The notes: a model not told the origin generated them from the letters alone. Numbered from the stretch's first letter, positions 54,222 through 63,628 are shown. The stretch is DNA of 64,000 nucleotides from Candidatus Bathyarchaeota archaeon (GCA_018396995.1 JAGTQB010000007.1:10170-74169), one strand, 5' to 3'. Numbers and translations are program-made.

Positions 54222-55958
54222 TTAATCGAGGAATGGACTGACGACAACGAGTCTTTCAGAATCGATTAGCCCATAGTCTGTTATTTTGAGTTTTGGTATA
54301 ACTGGCAATGATAGAAATGAGAGCGCCATAAATGGATCCTTAATCCTACAGCCAAGCCTATTTGTAGCTTCCCTTAGATCCCTAATCTTTGCGGATATTT
54401 CCTCCGCATCGAGGTTCGACATAAGGCCAGCTACTGGGAGGGGCAGCTCCGAGATAACCCTCCCACCATCAACCACCACAAAGCCACCATTCATATCCCT
54501 GAGCCTCAGGATCGCCGTGTAAATGTCTCCATCACCGACGCCGACGGCAATGATATTATGTGAGTCATGGGCCACCGTAGAAGCTATTGCCCCGCTCTTC
54601 AGTCCGAAGCCTCTAACAAACCCCAAACCAATTCTACCTGAGCCCCTATGTCTCTCAACAACACAAATTTTAAGTATATCCTTATCCAGGTTGGGTCTGG
54701 CAGCACCGTCAATCACGCTTACCTCATGGTGCTCCTCCTCAGTGAATATTTGCCCCTCAACTAAGCCTATAACCCTCACTTTGACAGTCCCATACTTAAT
54801 ATTTGGGTGCCTTATCTGCAAATCCCTAGTACTAATGTCGCCAACATTAACTCTGCCTAACCGAATATCCCTCCTCAAAACCTCCGCGGCATATAAATAC
54901 TTTCCATCTCTGGCAACTAATTTCCCATCTATTAAAACAAACTTCGCGTTAAAGTTCCTTAAATTATCGACAATAACTATGTCGGCGGATTTTCCGGGGG
55001 ATATCCCCCCTAGAGTCCTGAGACCAAAGTATTCTGAGGGCTTAAGTGTCACCATCTTCACTGCATCCACCGGATCTATACCCTCCTCAACCGCTCTCCT
55101 CAGACAGTGGTCTATGTGCCCCTCAGCCACTATATCATCGGCGTGTCTATCATCAGTTACAAGCATAACCCTCTCCGGGCAGCCCTTAGAGATGACCCCC
55201 TTAAGTCTTGCTATTGACTTAGCTGTTGAACCCTCACGTATCATAACCCACATTCCAAGCGACAACTTCTCGGAAGCCTCTTCAGCATCCAATACCTCGT
55301 GGTCTGAGCCTATGCCGGCCAGAATATATGCGCATAGCATCTCACCCCTCAAACCCGGCGCATGTCCATCAATAACCATTCCATGACATACCCTTATCTT
55401 ATCTAAGGTATCCTTATCCTTACCTATAACCCCAAGATAATTCATGACCTCCCCTAAACCCAGAACCCGCTTAAAACCTTTAAGAACCCTTATCTCCTTG
55501 AGACCTATCTCCGCCCCAGAGGTCTCGAGCTTCGTTGAGGGGACTGAGGATGGTATCATGAAGTAGAGTTTTAAAGGGGTTCGTGTAGAGTCCTCAATCA
55601 TAAATTTTATGCCCTCTAAACCTAAGACATTGGCAATCTCATGCGGATCAGCAATTACGCAGCATGTTCCCCTCGGTATAACCGCTTTAGCGAAGGCGCT
55701 AGGGGTCATGAGCGTACTCTCGACGTGAATGTGCCCATCAATATAGGCTGGGAGAATATAATTCTCTGAGGCATCAATCCTTTCAAGGGAGGGCTTTGGT
55801 CTAGAGCCGACATATACTATTAACCCACCTTTAACGCCTATGTAGCCATCAAAAATTACCCCACGGTAAACGTCAACAACCTGTCCGAAGATTAGAACAT
55901 CAAGCGGCAGCAAACCTAGGGATGCGTCTATAAGCGTCTCCATAACCAAATCCACCAA
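54222..55958 (-). CDS. ade: Adenine deaminase
   Basis: 578 aa. Amidohydrolase IDGHIHVEST...ADPHEIANV and a length typical of Ade. Confidence 0.88.
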   Translation of the reverse strand: MVDLVMETLIDASLGLLPLDVLIFGQVVDVYRGVIFDGYIGVKGGLIVYVGSRPKPSLERIDASENYILPAYIDGHIHVESTLMTPSAFAKAVIPRGTCCVIADPHEIANVLGLEGIKFMIEDSTRTPLKLYFMIPSSVPSTKLETSGAEIGLKEIRVLKGFKRVLGLGEVMNYLGVIGKDKDTLDKIRVCHGMVIDGHAPGLRGEMLCAYILAGIGSDHEVLDAEEASEKLSLGMWVMIREGSTAKSIARLKGVISKGCPERVMLVTDDRHADDIVAEGHIDHCLRRAVEEGIDPVDAVKMVTLKPSEYFGLRTLGGISPGKSADIVIVDNLRNFNAKFVLIDGKLVARDGKYLYAAEVLRRDIRLGRVNVGDISTRDLQIRHPNIKYGTVKVRVIGLVEGQIFTEEEHHEVSVIDGAARPNLDKDILKICVVERHRGSGRIGLGFVRGFGLKSGAIASTVAHDSHNIIAVGVGDGDIYTAILRLRDMNGGFVVVDGGRVISELPLPVAGLMSNLDAEEISAKIRDLREATNRLGCRIKDPFMALSFLSLPVIPKLKITDYGLIDSERLVVVSPFLD

Positions 55959-55978
55959 TGATGAAATGCAAGCGTTTT

Positions 55979-56647
55979 CTAGAATTGTCTGATTATGGCG
56001 AGAAGTTCACTTAGATGGTTAATTACAGCAGAGGCATTTTCTTTAGCGTGGCGCAAATCCCACTTTTCATTCTTAAGGAGAATAAACTTTACGCCCGCAT
56101 CCCTCGCGCATAGAGCATCTATTAAATGGTCTCCGACGAATATTGTCTCTGATTCTTGAACGCCGAGTTTTTCAAGTGCCTTCAAAATATGTTCTGGGTT
56201 AGGTTTATGGCGGGTGACGTCATCCCTAGCAACGACGGCATCAACATACATATCTAGAGAGAACATTTCAAGTATCCTCCTAGCATATTCGCCGCAACTA
56301 TTTGTTACAACACCTATTTTTAATCCATTTTTCTTTAAGGTAGCTAGGGTTTCTAGGGCTCCATCCATGGGCATAGCCTTATTCAATGCCTTAAGTTCAG
56401 CCTCATTAAACATTTTATAAACTCTGTTAATTATCTCCTTAATCCTATCCTCAGCACAATTCTTTCCACGTAAATCCTCAACAGATCTATTAACAATTTC
56501 TAGGTTAGGCATGCTCTCATTTAAGAGCCCCTCTGTAACCCCAGCCTCAACTAAAAACTTTATTATCAGAGATTTTGTTTCCCTATAATTTATTCCAGAA
56601 CGGATTAACGTATCATCTAAATCGAATATTACTGCTTTTATCCGCAT
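55979..56647 (-). CDS. HAD-superfamily hydrolase (phosphatase, subfamily IA)
   Basis: 222 aa. Motif I VIFDLDDTL, motif II VVTNS, motif IV VGDHLIDALCA. Confidence 0.8.
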   Translation of the reverse strand: MRIKAVIFDLDDTLIRSGINYRETKSLIIKFLVEAGVTEGLLNESMPNLEIVNRSVEDLRGKNCAEDRIKEIINRVYKMFNEAELKALNKAMPMDGALETLATLKKNGLKIGVVTNSCGEYARRILEMFSLDMYVDAVVARDDVTRHKPNPEHILKALEKLGVQESETIFVGDHLIDALCARDAGVKFILLKNEKWDLRHAKENASAVINHLSELLAIIRQF

Positions 56648-56755
56648 CGCAAATTAACCAAAATTCTTTCAGTTAGATGGAGCAGATAAAACTTATTCTA
56701 CGAACTTTTAGAAACTAAAATATACTAGTAGCAATATATCTTCAAACTGGTTAAG

Positions 56756-57820
56756 ATGAAACAGCCCTTCACAAAATTTTTCGCTATCCTCTTTATTGGC
56801 TTATTAATCTTCTTGATATATCTCTGCCTAACAGTTGGCGTGAATGAAATATCTAACATCCTCAATAGACTCAACTTACGCGACTACATGTCATATTATG
56901 CTATGGCTATAATGGCGGTCTTCTTAAGCGTACTTTTTTACTCGATGAGCTGGAATAAGCTTATGGAGACCCTGGGGATAAAGATAGGATTAAAGAAGGT
57001 TTACCTCTACTGCTGGCTGGGGGTCTTCGTTGATTCAGTAATACCATTTGAGACCGTATCTGGCGAGATAACCAGAGCATTTTTTGTTCAGAGGGAAACC
57101 AATGAGCAGCCGGGAAAAATCGTTGCCTCAATAGTTGCGCATCGTATAATATTGACATTTATAACATTAAGTAGCTTGATTATCTCATCAATTCTCCTTA
57201 TAATAACATATGGCGTTAGTATAAGCATAATTTACCCCCTAGTGACGCTGATTCTTTGCTCAGTAACCCTACTAATATTGCTACTCCTCGTCTCGCTAAG
57301 AAAGGGTATTGCTGAGAAAATAATTGATCCAATCCTAGATTTCATCGTTTCTTTGTCGAAGGGGCGTATAAACCTGCCAGAGACAAGAAGCATGATCTAC
57401 ATGAATTTACAATGCTTTTATAATGACTTTAGGCATCTTAGTGGTAGGCGATGGAGACTAATATTAGCTATGCTCTATAACTTCCTCGCATGGCTCCTCC
57501 ACCTAAGCGTCTTCTTCCTAACCTTCTATGCAATTAACTTCCCAGAAATATCCTCCAAAATCTATGAAACCATTATAGTATACTCAATAAATATGGCGCT
57601 CCAAACGTCCCCAATATCCCTTGCTCCAGGTCTCATAGAAATAGTTACTATGAATTTATATGCGCTGCTCGGCTTTAACATGGCGATTAGTGGGACGGCA
57701 ACTCTCTTTATACGCGTAGCGACCTTCTGGCTTCCAGTAATATTTGGAGGAATAATAGCTCAATGGGTGGGTGTAAAAAACCTGCTTACGCAGACTGTTA
57801 AAGCTACATCAACTTGTTAA
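56756..57820 (+). CDS. Polytopic membrane protein, UPF0104 / lysylphosphatidylglycerol-synthase-TM-region-like (flippase-like) family
   Basis: 354 aa with ~8 predicted TM helices. The overall pattern resembles TIGR00374-type proteins. The family call is from memory. Confidence 0.55.
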   Translation: MKQPFTKFFAILFIGLLIFLIYLCLTVGVNEISNILNRLNLRDYMSYYAMAIMAVFLSVLFYSMSWNKLMETLGIKIGLKKVYLYCWLGVFVDSVIPFETVSGEITRAFFVQRETNEQPGKIVASIVAHRIILTFITLSSLIISSILLIITYGVSISIIYPLVTLILCSVTLLILLLLVSLRKGIAEKIIDPILDFIVSLSKGRINLPETRSMIYMNLQCFYNDFRHLSGRRWRLILAMLYNFLAWLLHLSVFFLTFYAINFPEISSKIYETIIVYSINMALQTSPISLAPGLIEIVTMNLYALLGFNMAISGTATLFIRVATFWLPVIFGGIIAQWVGVKNLLTQTVKATSTC

Positions 57821-57838
57821 AAAGACTTTTTTCCTATA

Positions 57839-58213
57839 TTGAGCATCTCTTTTGTGAAGAGTATGAGTCGGCAATCACTGATTAAACTTGCAATGCAATA
57901 TTTCATGAAAAGAGGCTATACTGTGGATAAGAACCTTAAAGACGAATCTGATAATATGCCTATTCCATCTAAGAGATTCGATCTGCTTGTGAAGAGGGGC
58001 GGTGAGGTATACCCTGTCTGGATTAAGGAGTGGAATAGGACTGTCGGCGTCAATGTAGTGATAAATGTTGATAAGCTAGCGCAGAGCTTAGGCTTCACGA
58101 CACCAATTTTAATAGCTGAGAAGTTTAGTGAGCATGCAAAGGCATACGCGAGCCGCAAAGGAATAAGATTACTAACGAGGTCAGACCTCCTGAGGAGCCT
58201 AAAAGCCTTTTAA
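57839..58213 (+). CDS. Small restriction-endonuclease-fold (Mrr-cat-like) protein
   Basis: 124 aa. RFDLLVKRGGEVYPVWIKEW followed by a helical C-terminal part resembles a PD-(D/E)xK core. Weak call. Confidence 0.4.
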   Translation: MSISFVKSMSRQSLIKLAMQYFMKRGYTVDKNLKDESDNMPIPSKRFDLLVKRGGEVYPVWIKEWNRTVGVNVVINVDKLAQSLGFTTPILIAEKFSEHAKAYASRKGIRLLTRSDLLRSLKAF

Positions 58214-58216
58214 CTT

Positions 58217-58801
58217 TCAGAAGTCCTTTAAGTATTCTTTAAGTTTCCCCTCCTTCTCCAGTTTTCCAAGCCAGTCTACAACTCCAACCTTTCGTTCCCT
58301 TAAACCATTCAAGACATCTAAAATCTCTTGAACGACCTCGTCTGCACCTCTTGAGGTGACGTCTATCTCACAAACTCTCTCAATGCCAAATCTGTTTATG
58401 GCGTCATATAGGCATACATCTAGAACCTCAGCCGCAATATTTTCAGCAACTTTTCTCTCATTATAATTTCGGCTCTCAAGTATATGCTTAAGATCTTCAG
58501 GTTCTCTCCTTAAAACAAAGGCTATTGTGACACGCTCTGGCGGTACGACGTATGGTGCTAGGTGGCCTTCAATAATCACGTCTCGGTCTGAACTCAAAAT
58601 TATTTCTTGAACCCTCTTAGAGACTTTATCTAGGTCGGCTATAAGCGTATCCCTCTCCTTGTCCACCCCACAATAAAGCTTCTCCCCTCTAATGAGTTCA
58701 CTTAAACTTATGAGAAGGGAATTTATTTTAGAGGAGAGAATCTTTGATACTGAGGATTTACCTACACCTGGAGTTCCAGTCACAACTATTACTCGCTTAA
58801 T
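58217..58801 (-). CDS. fap7: Fap7 / AK6-type adenylate kinase-like NTPase (small-subunit ribosome biogenesis factor); predicted ATT start
   Basis: The track ORF starts at GTG 58783, giving MTGTPGVGKS with the P-loop at residue 3 and no beta-1 strand. In-frame ATT 58801-58799 gives MKRVIVVTGTPGVGKS, the usual family N-terminus, and is preceded by GGTGAG. No ATG/GTG/TTG occurs further upstream in this frame over the ~96 nt I read by hand; I did not locate the upstream in-frame stop. Confidence 0.8.
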   Translation of the reverse strand: MKRVIVVTGTPGVGKSSVSKILSSKINSLLISLSELIRGEKLYCGVDKERDTLIADLDKVSKRVQEIILSSDRDVIIEGHLAPYVVPPERVTIAFVLRREPEDLKHILESRNYNERKVAENIAAEVLDVCLYDAINRFGIERVCEIDVTSRGADEVVQEILDVLNGLRERKVGVVDWLGKLEKEGKLKEYLKDF

Positions 58802-58897
58802 ATCCTGCTCACCTTTACTTGGGTAGATGTTTTTCTTATTATTAATGCAAACTTTCTCATTAAGAATTTGGTGTATCTCTATCCTGAATGGCGGCCG

Positions 58898-59359
58898 CTA
58901 CACTTTTATTCGAGTCTCCTCTTTTACGCTCCTTAAGACGATGGCCGTCTCCGTGCTTAAAACGCCATCAATTAACCCTATCTCATCAATTATCTTCCTT
59001 AGCTTCCCTTGGTCTTCTGTCCTAATCTTCACTATGGCATAGTATGAGCCGGTAACGTCATAGACCTCATAGACATCATCAATTCTACTTATTGTCTCCA
59101 GAACATTGTTAAGCTTCTTTGGATCCGCTTTTAAGAGTATAAAGGCTGTTATCTTTTTTCCAAGAACCTCGGGTGAGACTATTGCCGTAAACCTCTTTAT
59201 AATGTTCCTCTCAAGAAGCTTTTTAACCCTAATGAAGATTGTTGCCTCACTAACATTTAATTTTTCGGCTATTTTTCTGAAAGATATTCTGGCGTCATCC
59301 TGCAGCATCCTAATAATCTCTCTATCGACCTCATCTATTTCTGGTTCCATGAAAATCAT
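58898..59359 (-). CDS. lrp: Lrp/AsnC-family transcriptional regulator (LysM-like by position)
   Basis: 153 aa. HTH region LDEVDREIIRMLQDDARISFRKIAEKLNVSEATIFIRVKKL plus a RAM domain. Divergent from the lysW operon. Confidence 0.88.
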   Translation of the reverse strand: MIFMEPEIDEVDREIIRMLQDDARISFRKIAEKLNVSEATIFIRVKKLLERNIIKRFTAIVSPEVLGKKITAFILLKADPKKLNNVLETISRIDDVYEVYDVTGSYYAIVKIRTEDQGKLRKIIDEIGLIDGVLSTETAIVLRSVKEETRIKV

Positions 59360-59396
59360 AAATAAAAGATGTTAATCAAATATATAAGCAATTTTG

Positions 59397-59414
59397 TTGA
59401 AATATTATTTTCAA
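59397..59414. promoter_or_regulatory. Palindromic candidate Lrp operator TTGAAA-TATTAT-TTTCAA
   Basis: Perfect 6-bp inverted half-sites in the AT-rich lrp/lysW divergent region. The half-sites resemble archaeal Lrp-type boxes (TTGxA...TxCAA). Confidence 0.3.
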
Positions 59415-59451
59415 TAGTAATTATTAAATTTTTTTTAAGATAACCAAAAGA

Positions 59452-59459
59452 TTTATAAA
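59452..59459 (+). promoter_or_regulatory. TATA box (TTTATAAA) for the lysW operon
   Basis: Consensus-like archaeal TATA octamer ~45-55 nt upstream of the lysW coding region. GGAGG at 59494-59498 lies between them. Confidence 0.4.
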
Positions 59460-59509
59460 GAAGAATATTTTTCTCCTATAAAACGTAAGAATAGGAGGCG
59501 GTAGCCTTT

Positions 59510-59680
59510 AAGGCGAAATGTCCTGAGTGTGATGCGGCTATAAACGTCCCAGATGATGCTATCCAAGGAGAGATAGTAAGCTGTCCTGACTGCGGCTTAG
59601 ACTTAGAAATCAGGTTCGATAAGGATGGAACACTACACTTAGAGCCAGCTGAAGTTGAAGGTGAAGATTGGGGCGAATAA
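59510..59680 (+). CDS. lysW: LysW, amino-group carrier protein of the alpha-aminoadipate lysine / arginine pathway (start codon unresolved)
   Basis: Hand translation gives ...AKCPECDAAINVPDDAIQGEIVSCPDCGLDLEIRFDKDGTLHLEPAEVEGEDWGE, then TAA at 59678-59680. It has a zinc ribbon (CPEC...CPDC) and the diagnostic C-terminal EDWGE. Immediately followed by lysX. The frame from TAG 59492 to the stop contains no ATG, GTG or TTG. The listed start at AAG 59510 is a guess. Confidence 0.8.
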   Translation, partial: KAKCPECDAAINVPDDAIQGEIVSCPDCGLDLEIRFDKDGTLHLEPAEVEGEDWGE

Positions 59681-60544
59681 ATGGGGAAGGTCAGTTTAAT
59701 CTACGATAGGATTAGATGGGAGGAGAAGGCGCTAATAGATGCTTCGAGGAAGCTGGGGTTAGATCTGACGCTAATTGATTCTAAGGTCATCTATGTGGAT
59801 ATCTTAGATACTTATGATAAGATTAGAAGTTACTTTGGGGACCTAGCTCTTCAGCGCTGTGTAAGCTATTTTCGGGGGCTGCATATGGCAGCCTTCCTCG
59901 AGAGCTCTGGGGTGCAAGTAATTAATCCATTCCATGTCTCCCTACTCTGCGGAAACAAGTTGTTTACGACGCTCTCTCTTATGAAAGCTAATGTGCCGAT
60001 GCCTAGAACCCTAATAGCCTTCACGGAGGAGAGCGCCCTAAAAGCCTTAGACGTTTTAGGTTTCCCAGCAGTATTAAAACCAGTTGTTGGAAGCTGGGGC
60101 CGATTGGTGGCTCTCATAAAGGATAAAGACGCAGCCCAAGCTATTCTAGAGGCCCGTGAGGAGATGCATGATGCACTAATGCAAATTTATTATCTCCAGG
60201 AGTATGTTAATAGGCCTCCTAGAGATATACGTGTTCTCACGGTTGGTGATGAAGTTGTTGCGGCGGCATATCGCTATTCAGCTAATGGCGACTGGAGAAC
60301 TAATGTTGCCCGTGGTGGTAGGACTGAGCCGTGTCCTATCACAGGCGAGCTAACTGAGCTGGCTCTGAGATCTTCTGAGGCTGTTGGGGGCGGAGTCCTG
60401 GCTATAGATTGTATGGAGTCGCCCAACGGCTTAGTCGTACACGAAATTAATAGTACTCCAGAATTTAAGGGGCTTTACTCGGCTACAGGTGTTGATATCC
60501 CTGAAAGAATAATTAAGTATGCTATCAAAGTGATGAAGAAATGA
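59681..60544 (+). CDS. lysX: LysX/ArgX-type ATP-grasp ligase (RimK family; LysW--aminoadipate/glutamate ligase)
   Basis: 287 aa. RimK-type ATP-grasp motifs (KPVVGSWGR, ANGDWRTNVARGG, EINSTPEF). Directly follows lysW. Confidence 0.9.
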   Translation: MGKVSLIYDRIRWEEKALIDASRKLGLDLTLIDSKVIYVDILDTYDKIRSYFGDLALQRCVSYFRGLHMAAFLESSGVQVINPFHVSLLCGNKLFTTLSLMKANVPMPRTLIAFTEESALKALDVLGFPAVLKPVVGSWGRLVALIKDKDAAQAILEAREEMHDALMQIYYLQEYVNRPPRDIRVLTVGDEVVAAAYRYSANGDWRTNVARGGRTEPCPITGELTELALRSSEAVGGGVLAIDCMESPNGLVVHEINSTPEFKGLYSATGVDIPERIIKYAIKVMKK

Positions 60545-61593
60545 ATGTTGGAGTCTTTGGTGCTTCTGGATACGTTGGCGGCGAGCTTCTACGCATACTC
60601 CTATCCCACTCGAAGGTTGAGGTTAAAGCGGCAACATCAAATACTTATGCTGGCGAATATGTTTACCGCGTACACCCAAACCTCAGGGGTCAAACGACCC
60701 TGAAATTTATCAAATCTGATCCGGAGAAGGTAGCTTCCTTATGTGACATCCTGTTTATAGCGACGCCCCACGGTGTTTCATCAAAATTCGTGCCGAGACT
60801 TATTGATAGTGGTGTAAGGGTAATTGATTTAAGTGCGGATTTTAGGCTAAAGAATCCAGAAGACTATGTTAAATGGTATGGTTGGAGCCATAGTAGTCCA
60901 GAGCTCCTCGAGAAGTCCGTTTATGGTCTGCCAGAGCTCCACCGTGAGGAGATAAGGGGGGCTCAGCTAGTCGCCGTTCCTGGTTGTATGGCTGCGGCGG
61001 GCATACTGGCCCTGGCCCCGATAGTTAAGTCTGGTAAGATTGATAGAACTAGGGTTGTGATGGACTTTAAGGTTGGCTCCTCTGGGGCTGGGGCAAGACC
61101 ATCTATATCAACGCATCACGCAGAACACTATAGCGTTGTTAGACCATATAAGCCCGTTGGGCATAGGCACACGGCTGAGATCGAGCAGGAGCTCAGCCTA
61201 CTCTGCGGTGAGAAGGTTATTATCTCCATGTCAGCTCATGCAGTAAACATGGTTAGGGGAATACTATCGACATGCCATACGTTCCTCAACGAGACAATAT
61301 CCTCAGCTGAGGTCTGGCGTATGTATAGAGAATTCTACTCAGGTGAACCCTTCATCAGATTCATTAAGGATGTTAAGGGACTGTATAGATATCCGGACCC
61401 AAAGATAGTTGTAGGCTCAAATTACTGTGACATAGGGTTTGAGCTAGATGAGCATGCAAATAGGCTCGTTATCCTCTCGGCAATAGATAATTTAATGAAG
61501 GGGGCTGCTGGAACAGCTGTTCAAGACATGAATATTATGTGTGGGTGGGATGAGAAGGAAGGATTACGTTACCCAGCCCTCCACCCAATCTAA
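60541..61593 (+). CDS. lysY: [LysW]-aminoadipyl/glutamyl-phosphate reductase (ArgC/LysY)
   Basis: 350 aa. GASGYVGGELLR NAD(P)-binding N-terminus and active-site PGCMAA. 4-nt overlap with lysX. Confidence 0.92.
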   Translation: MNVGVFGASGYVGGELLRILLSHSKVEVKAATSNTYAGEYVYRVHPNLRGQTTLKFIKSDPEKVASLCDILFIATPHGVSSKFVPRLIDSGVRVIDLSADFRLKNPEDYVKWYGWSHSSPELLEKSVYGLPELHREEIRGAQLVAVPGCMAAAGILALAPIVKSGKIDRTRVVMDFKVGSSGAGARPSISTHHAEHYSVVRPYKPVGHRHTAEIEQELSLLCGEKVIISMSAHAVNMVRGILSTCHTFLNETISSAEVWRMYREFYSGEPFIRFIKDVKGLYRYPDPKIVVGSNYCDIGFELDEHANRLVILSAIDNLMKGAAGTAVQDMNIMCGWDEKEGLRYPALHPI

Positions 61594-61611
61594 CCAATAA
61601 AATGATCCAAG

Positions 61612-62433
61612 GTGTATGTTATGATTGTCTTAAAGATTGGCGGAGACATTTTCAGAAGGGGGTTGGGCAGAAGCTTAGCTGATGATATAAGGAGAGTGAG
61701 GGAGGAGATGGGGGAGAAGATGGTGATTGTTCATGGGGGCGGGGATGAGGTCACGGAAATAGCCGAGAAACTTGGGAAGAAGCAAATTTTTGTAACCTCA
61801 CCTGAGGGTATAAGGAGCCGCTACACTGATGAGGAGACTGTCGAAATATACGCGATGGTTATGGCTGGGAGAATAAATAAGGCGATTGTTAAGTGGCTTA
61901 TAAGCGCCGGAATACCGGCAGTAGGTCTCTCTGGCATAGATGGATCCATATTGGTAGCGGAGAGGAAAAGAAAGCTTGTTATCGTGGATGAGAGGGGCAG
62001 AAAAAGGATAATTGATGGGGGTTTCACGGGGAAGATATCCATAGTCAAACCTGAATTGCTCATGATTCTCTTGGAGGAGAATTATGTGCCAGTTATTGCG
62101 CCAATAGCTATCGGCATAGAAAACGAATACCTCAACGTTGATAGCGATAGGGCTGCTGGGCAGATAGCTGGGGCGCTAATGGCTGAAAAACTAATATTCT
62201 TAACTGATGTTCCAGGGATAAGGATTGGCGAAGAGTATCTAAAGAAAATTTCTCTAAGGGAAGCTAAGGAGCTCCTGCCCAAGATAGGCCCGGGAATGAA
62301 CATGAAAGTTATTGCTTCAATAGAGGCCATTGAAGCGGGTGCAAAGGAGGCCATAATAGCTTGCGGCTTAACTCAGGATCCAATAACGAGTGCGTTAAAT
62401 GGGCTAAATGGCACGGTGATAACTACTGAATAG
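61612..62433 (+). CDS. lysZ: [LysW]-aminoadipate/glutamate kinase (ArgB/LysZ, amino acid kinase family)
   Basis: 273 aa, GTG start. LKIGGD and VHGGG motifs of the acetylglutamate kinase family. Confidence 0.9.
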   Translation: MYVMIVLKIGGDIFRRGLGRSLADDIRRVREEMGEKMVIVHGGGDEVTEIAEKLGKKQIFVTSPEGIRSRYTDEETVEIYAMVMAGRINKAIVKWLISAGIPAVGLSGIDGSILVAERKRKLVIVDERGRKRIIDGGFTGKISIVKPELLMILLEENYVPVIAPIAIGIENEYLNVDSDRAAGQIAGALMAEKLIFLTDVPGIRIGEEYLKKISLREAKELLPKIGPGMNMKVIASIEAIEAGAKEAIIACGLTQDPITSALNGLNGTVITTE

Positions 62434-62464
62434 AGAGAGAATTATATCTATAGAAGATCTCTTC

Positions 62465-63628
62465 ATGGCAAATGTATATCAGAGGTATCCAGTATGTATT
62501 GTTAGGGGGAGTGGCGCAACTTTACACGATATTAATGGCAGAGCATACATTGATTGCATGGGCGGCTACGGGGTAAGCCTTGTTGGGCACTGCCACCCAA
62601 GAGTTGTATCCGCAATAAAGGAACAGTGTGAAAAACTCATAGCATGCCACTGCTCGCTATACAATGATAAGAGGGCGGAGCTCCTAGAGAAGCTCGTGAA
62701 GATAGCGCCTAAAGGTTTAAACAAGGTTTTTCTATGCAATAGTGGCGCTGAGGCTGTTGAGTGTGCAATCAAAGTTGCCGTCAGATATACTGGAAGAAGC
62801 GAAATAATAAGCATGGTTAGGAGCTTCCATGGAAAGACTCTGGGCGCACTTTCAGCAACATGGAACCCAAAGTACCGCGAACCCTTCAGAAGCCTATTAA
62901 ACCAGAATTTTAAGTTCGTACCCTTTGGGAGATTGGATAAGGTTGAGGAAGCTATAACTGATAATACCGCCGCAATAATCGTCGAGCCAATTCAGGGGGA
63001 GGGAGGGGTTCACGTCGCGCCAAAAGGCTTCCTTGAGGGCTTAAGGAAGATTTGTGATGAAAAGAGTATTTTGCTAATATTTGATGAGGTTCAAACGGGT
63101 TTTGGCCGAACAGGCAGAATGTGGGCTTCTGAGCACTGGGGTGTTACACCAGACATAATGTGCGCTGGAAAGGCTATGGCGGGTGGACTGCCGATAGGAG
63201 CAACCCTCGCAAGGGAGGAGATAATGGATGCATTCAAAATTGGCGAGCATACAAGCACCTTTGGAGGCAACCCGCTTGCATGTGCTGCAGCCTCTGCAGT
63301 AATAGATGTCATACTTGAGGAGAGACTTGTTGAAAGGGCTTGGGATTTAGGGAACAGGTTTAAGGCTATGCTTGAGGATCTGGTTGAAGAGTATAAGATT
63401 CTTAGAGAGGTTAGGGGACTAGGCTTAATGCTTGGGCTTGAGGCGAGGATAGATATATATAATATTTTGATGGAGGCTCTTAATAGAGGAGTAATACTGC
63501 TATACTCAGGTAAGAATGTGATCCGCTTTCTCCCACCGCTCGTTATAACCATGGAGCAGCTGGAAGCTGTCGTAAATATCCTTAGGGATATTCTCTTGGA
63601 GGAGGAGAAAAAACTTATCTATGGCTAG
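62465..63628 (+). CDS. lysJ: Class III aminotransferase (ArgD/LysJ)
   Basis: 387 aa. LIFDEVQTGFGRTG and the PLP-Lys context CAGKAMAGG. Confidence 0.9.
   Translation: MANVYQRYPVCIVRGSGATLHDINGRAYIDCMGGYGVSLVGHCHPRVVSAIKEQCEKLIACHCSLYNDKRAELLEKLVKIAPKGLNKVFLCNSGAEAVECAIKVAVRYTGRSEIISMVRSFHGKTLGALSATWNPKYREPFRSLLNQNFKFVPFGRLDKVEEAITDNTAAIIVEPIQGEGGVHVAPKGFLEGLRKICDEKSILLIFDEVQTGFGRTGRMWASEHWGVTPDIMCAGKAMAGGLPIGATLAREEIMDAFKIGEHTSTFGGNPLACAAASAVIDVILEERLVERAWDLGNRFKAMLEDLVEEYKILREVRGLGLMLGLEARIDIYNILMEALNRGVILLYSGKNVIRFLPPLVITMEQLEAVVNILRDILLEEEKKLIYG

Noticed and set aside
54523-55386. 287-aa + strand ORF
   Set aside because: It is antisense to adenine deaminase. The Ser/Pro/Leu-rich translation has no motifs, so it is a shadow ORF.
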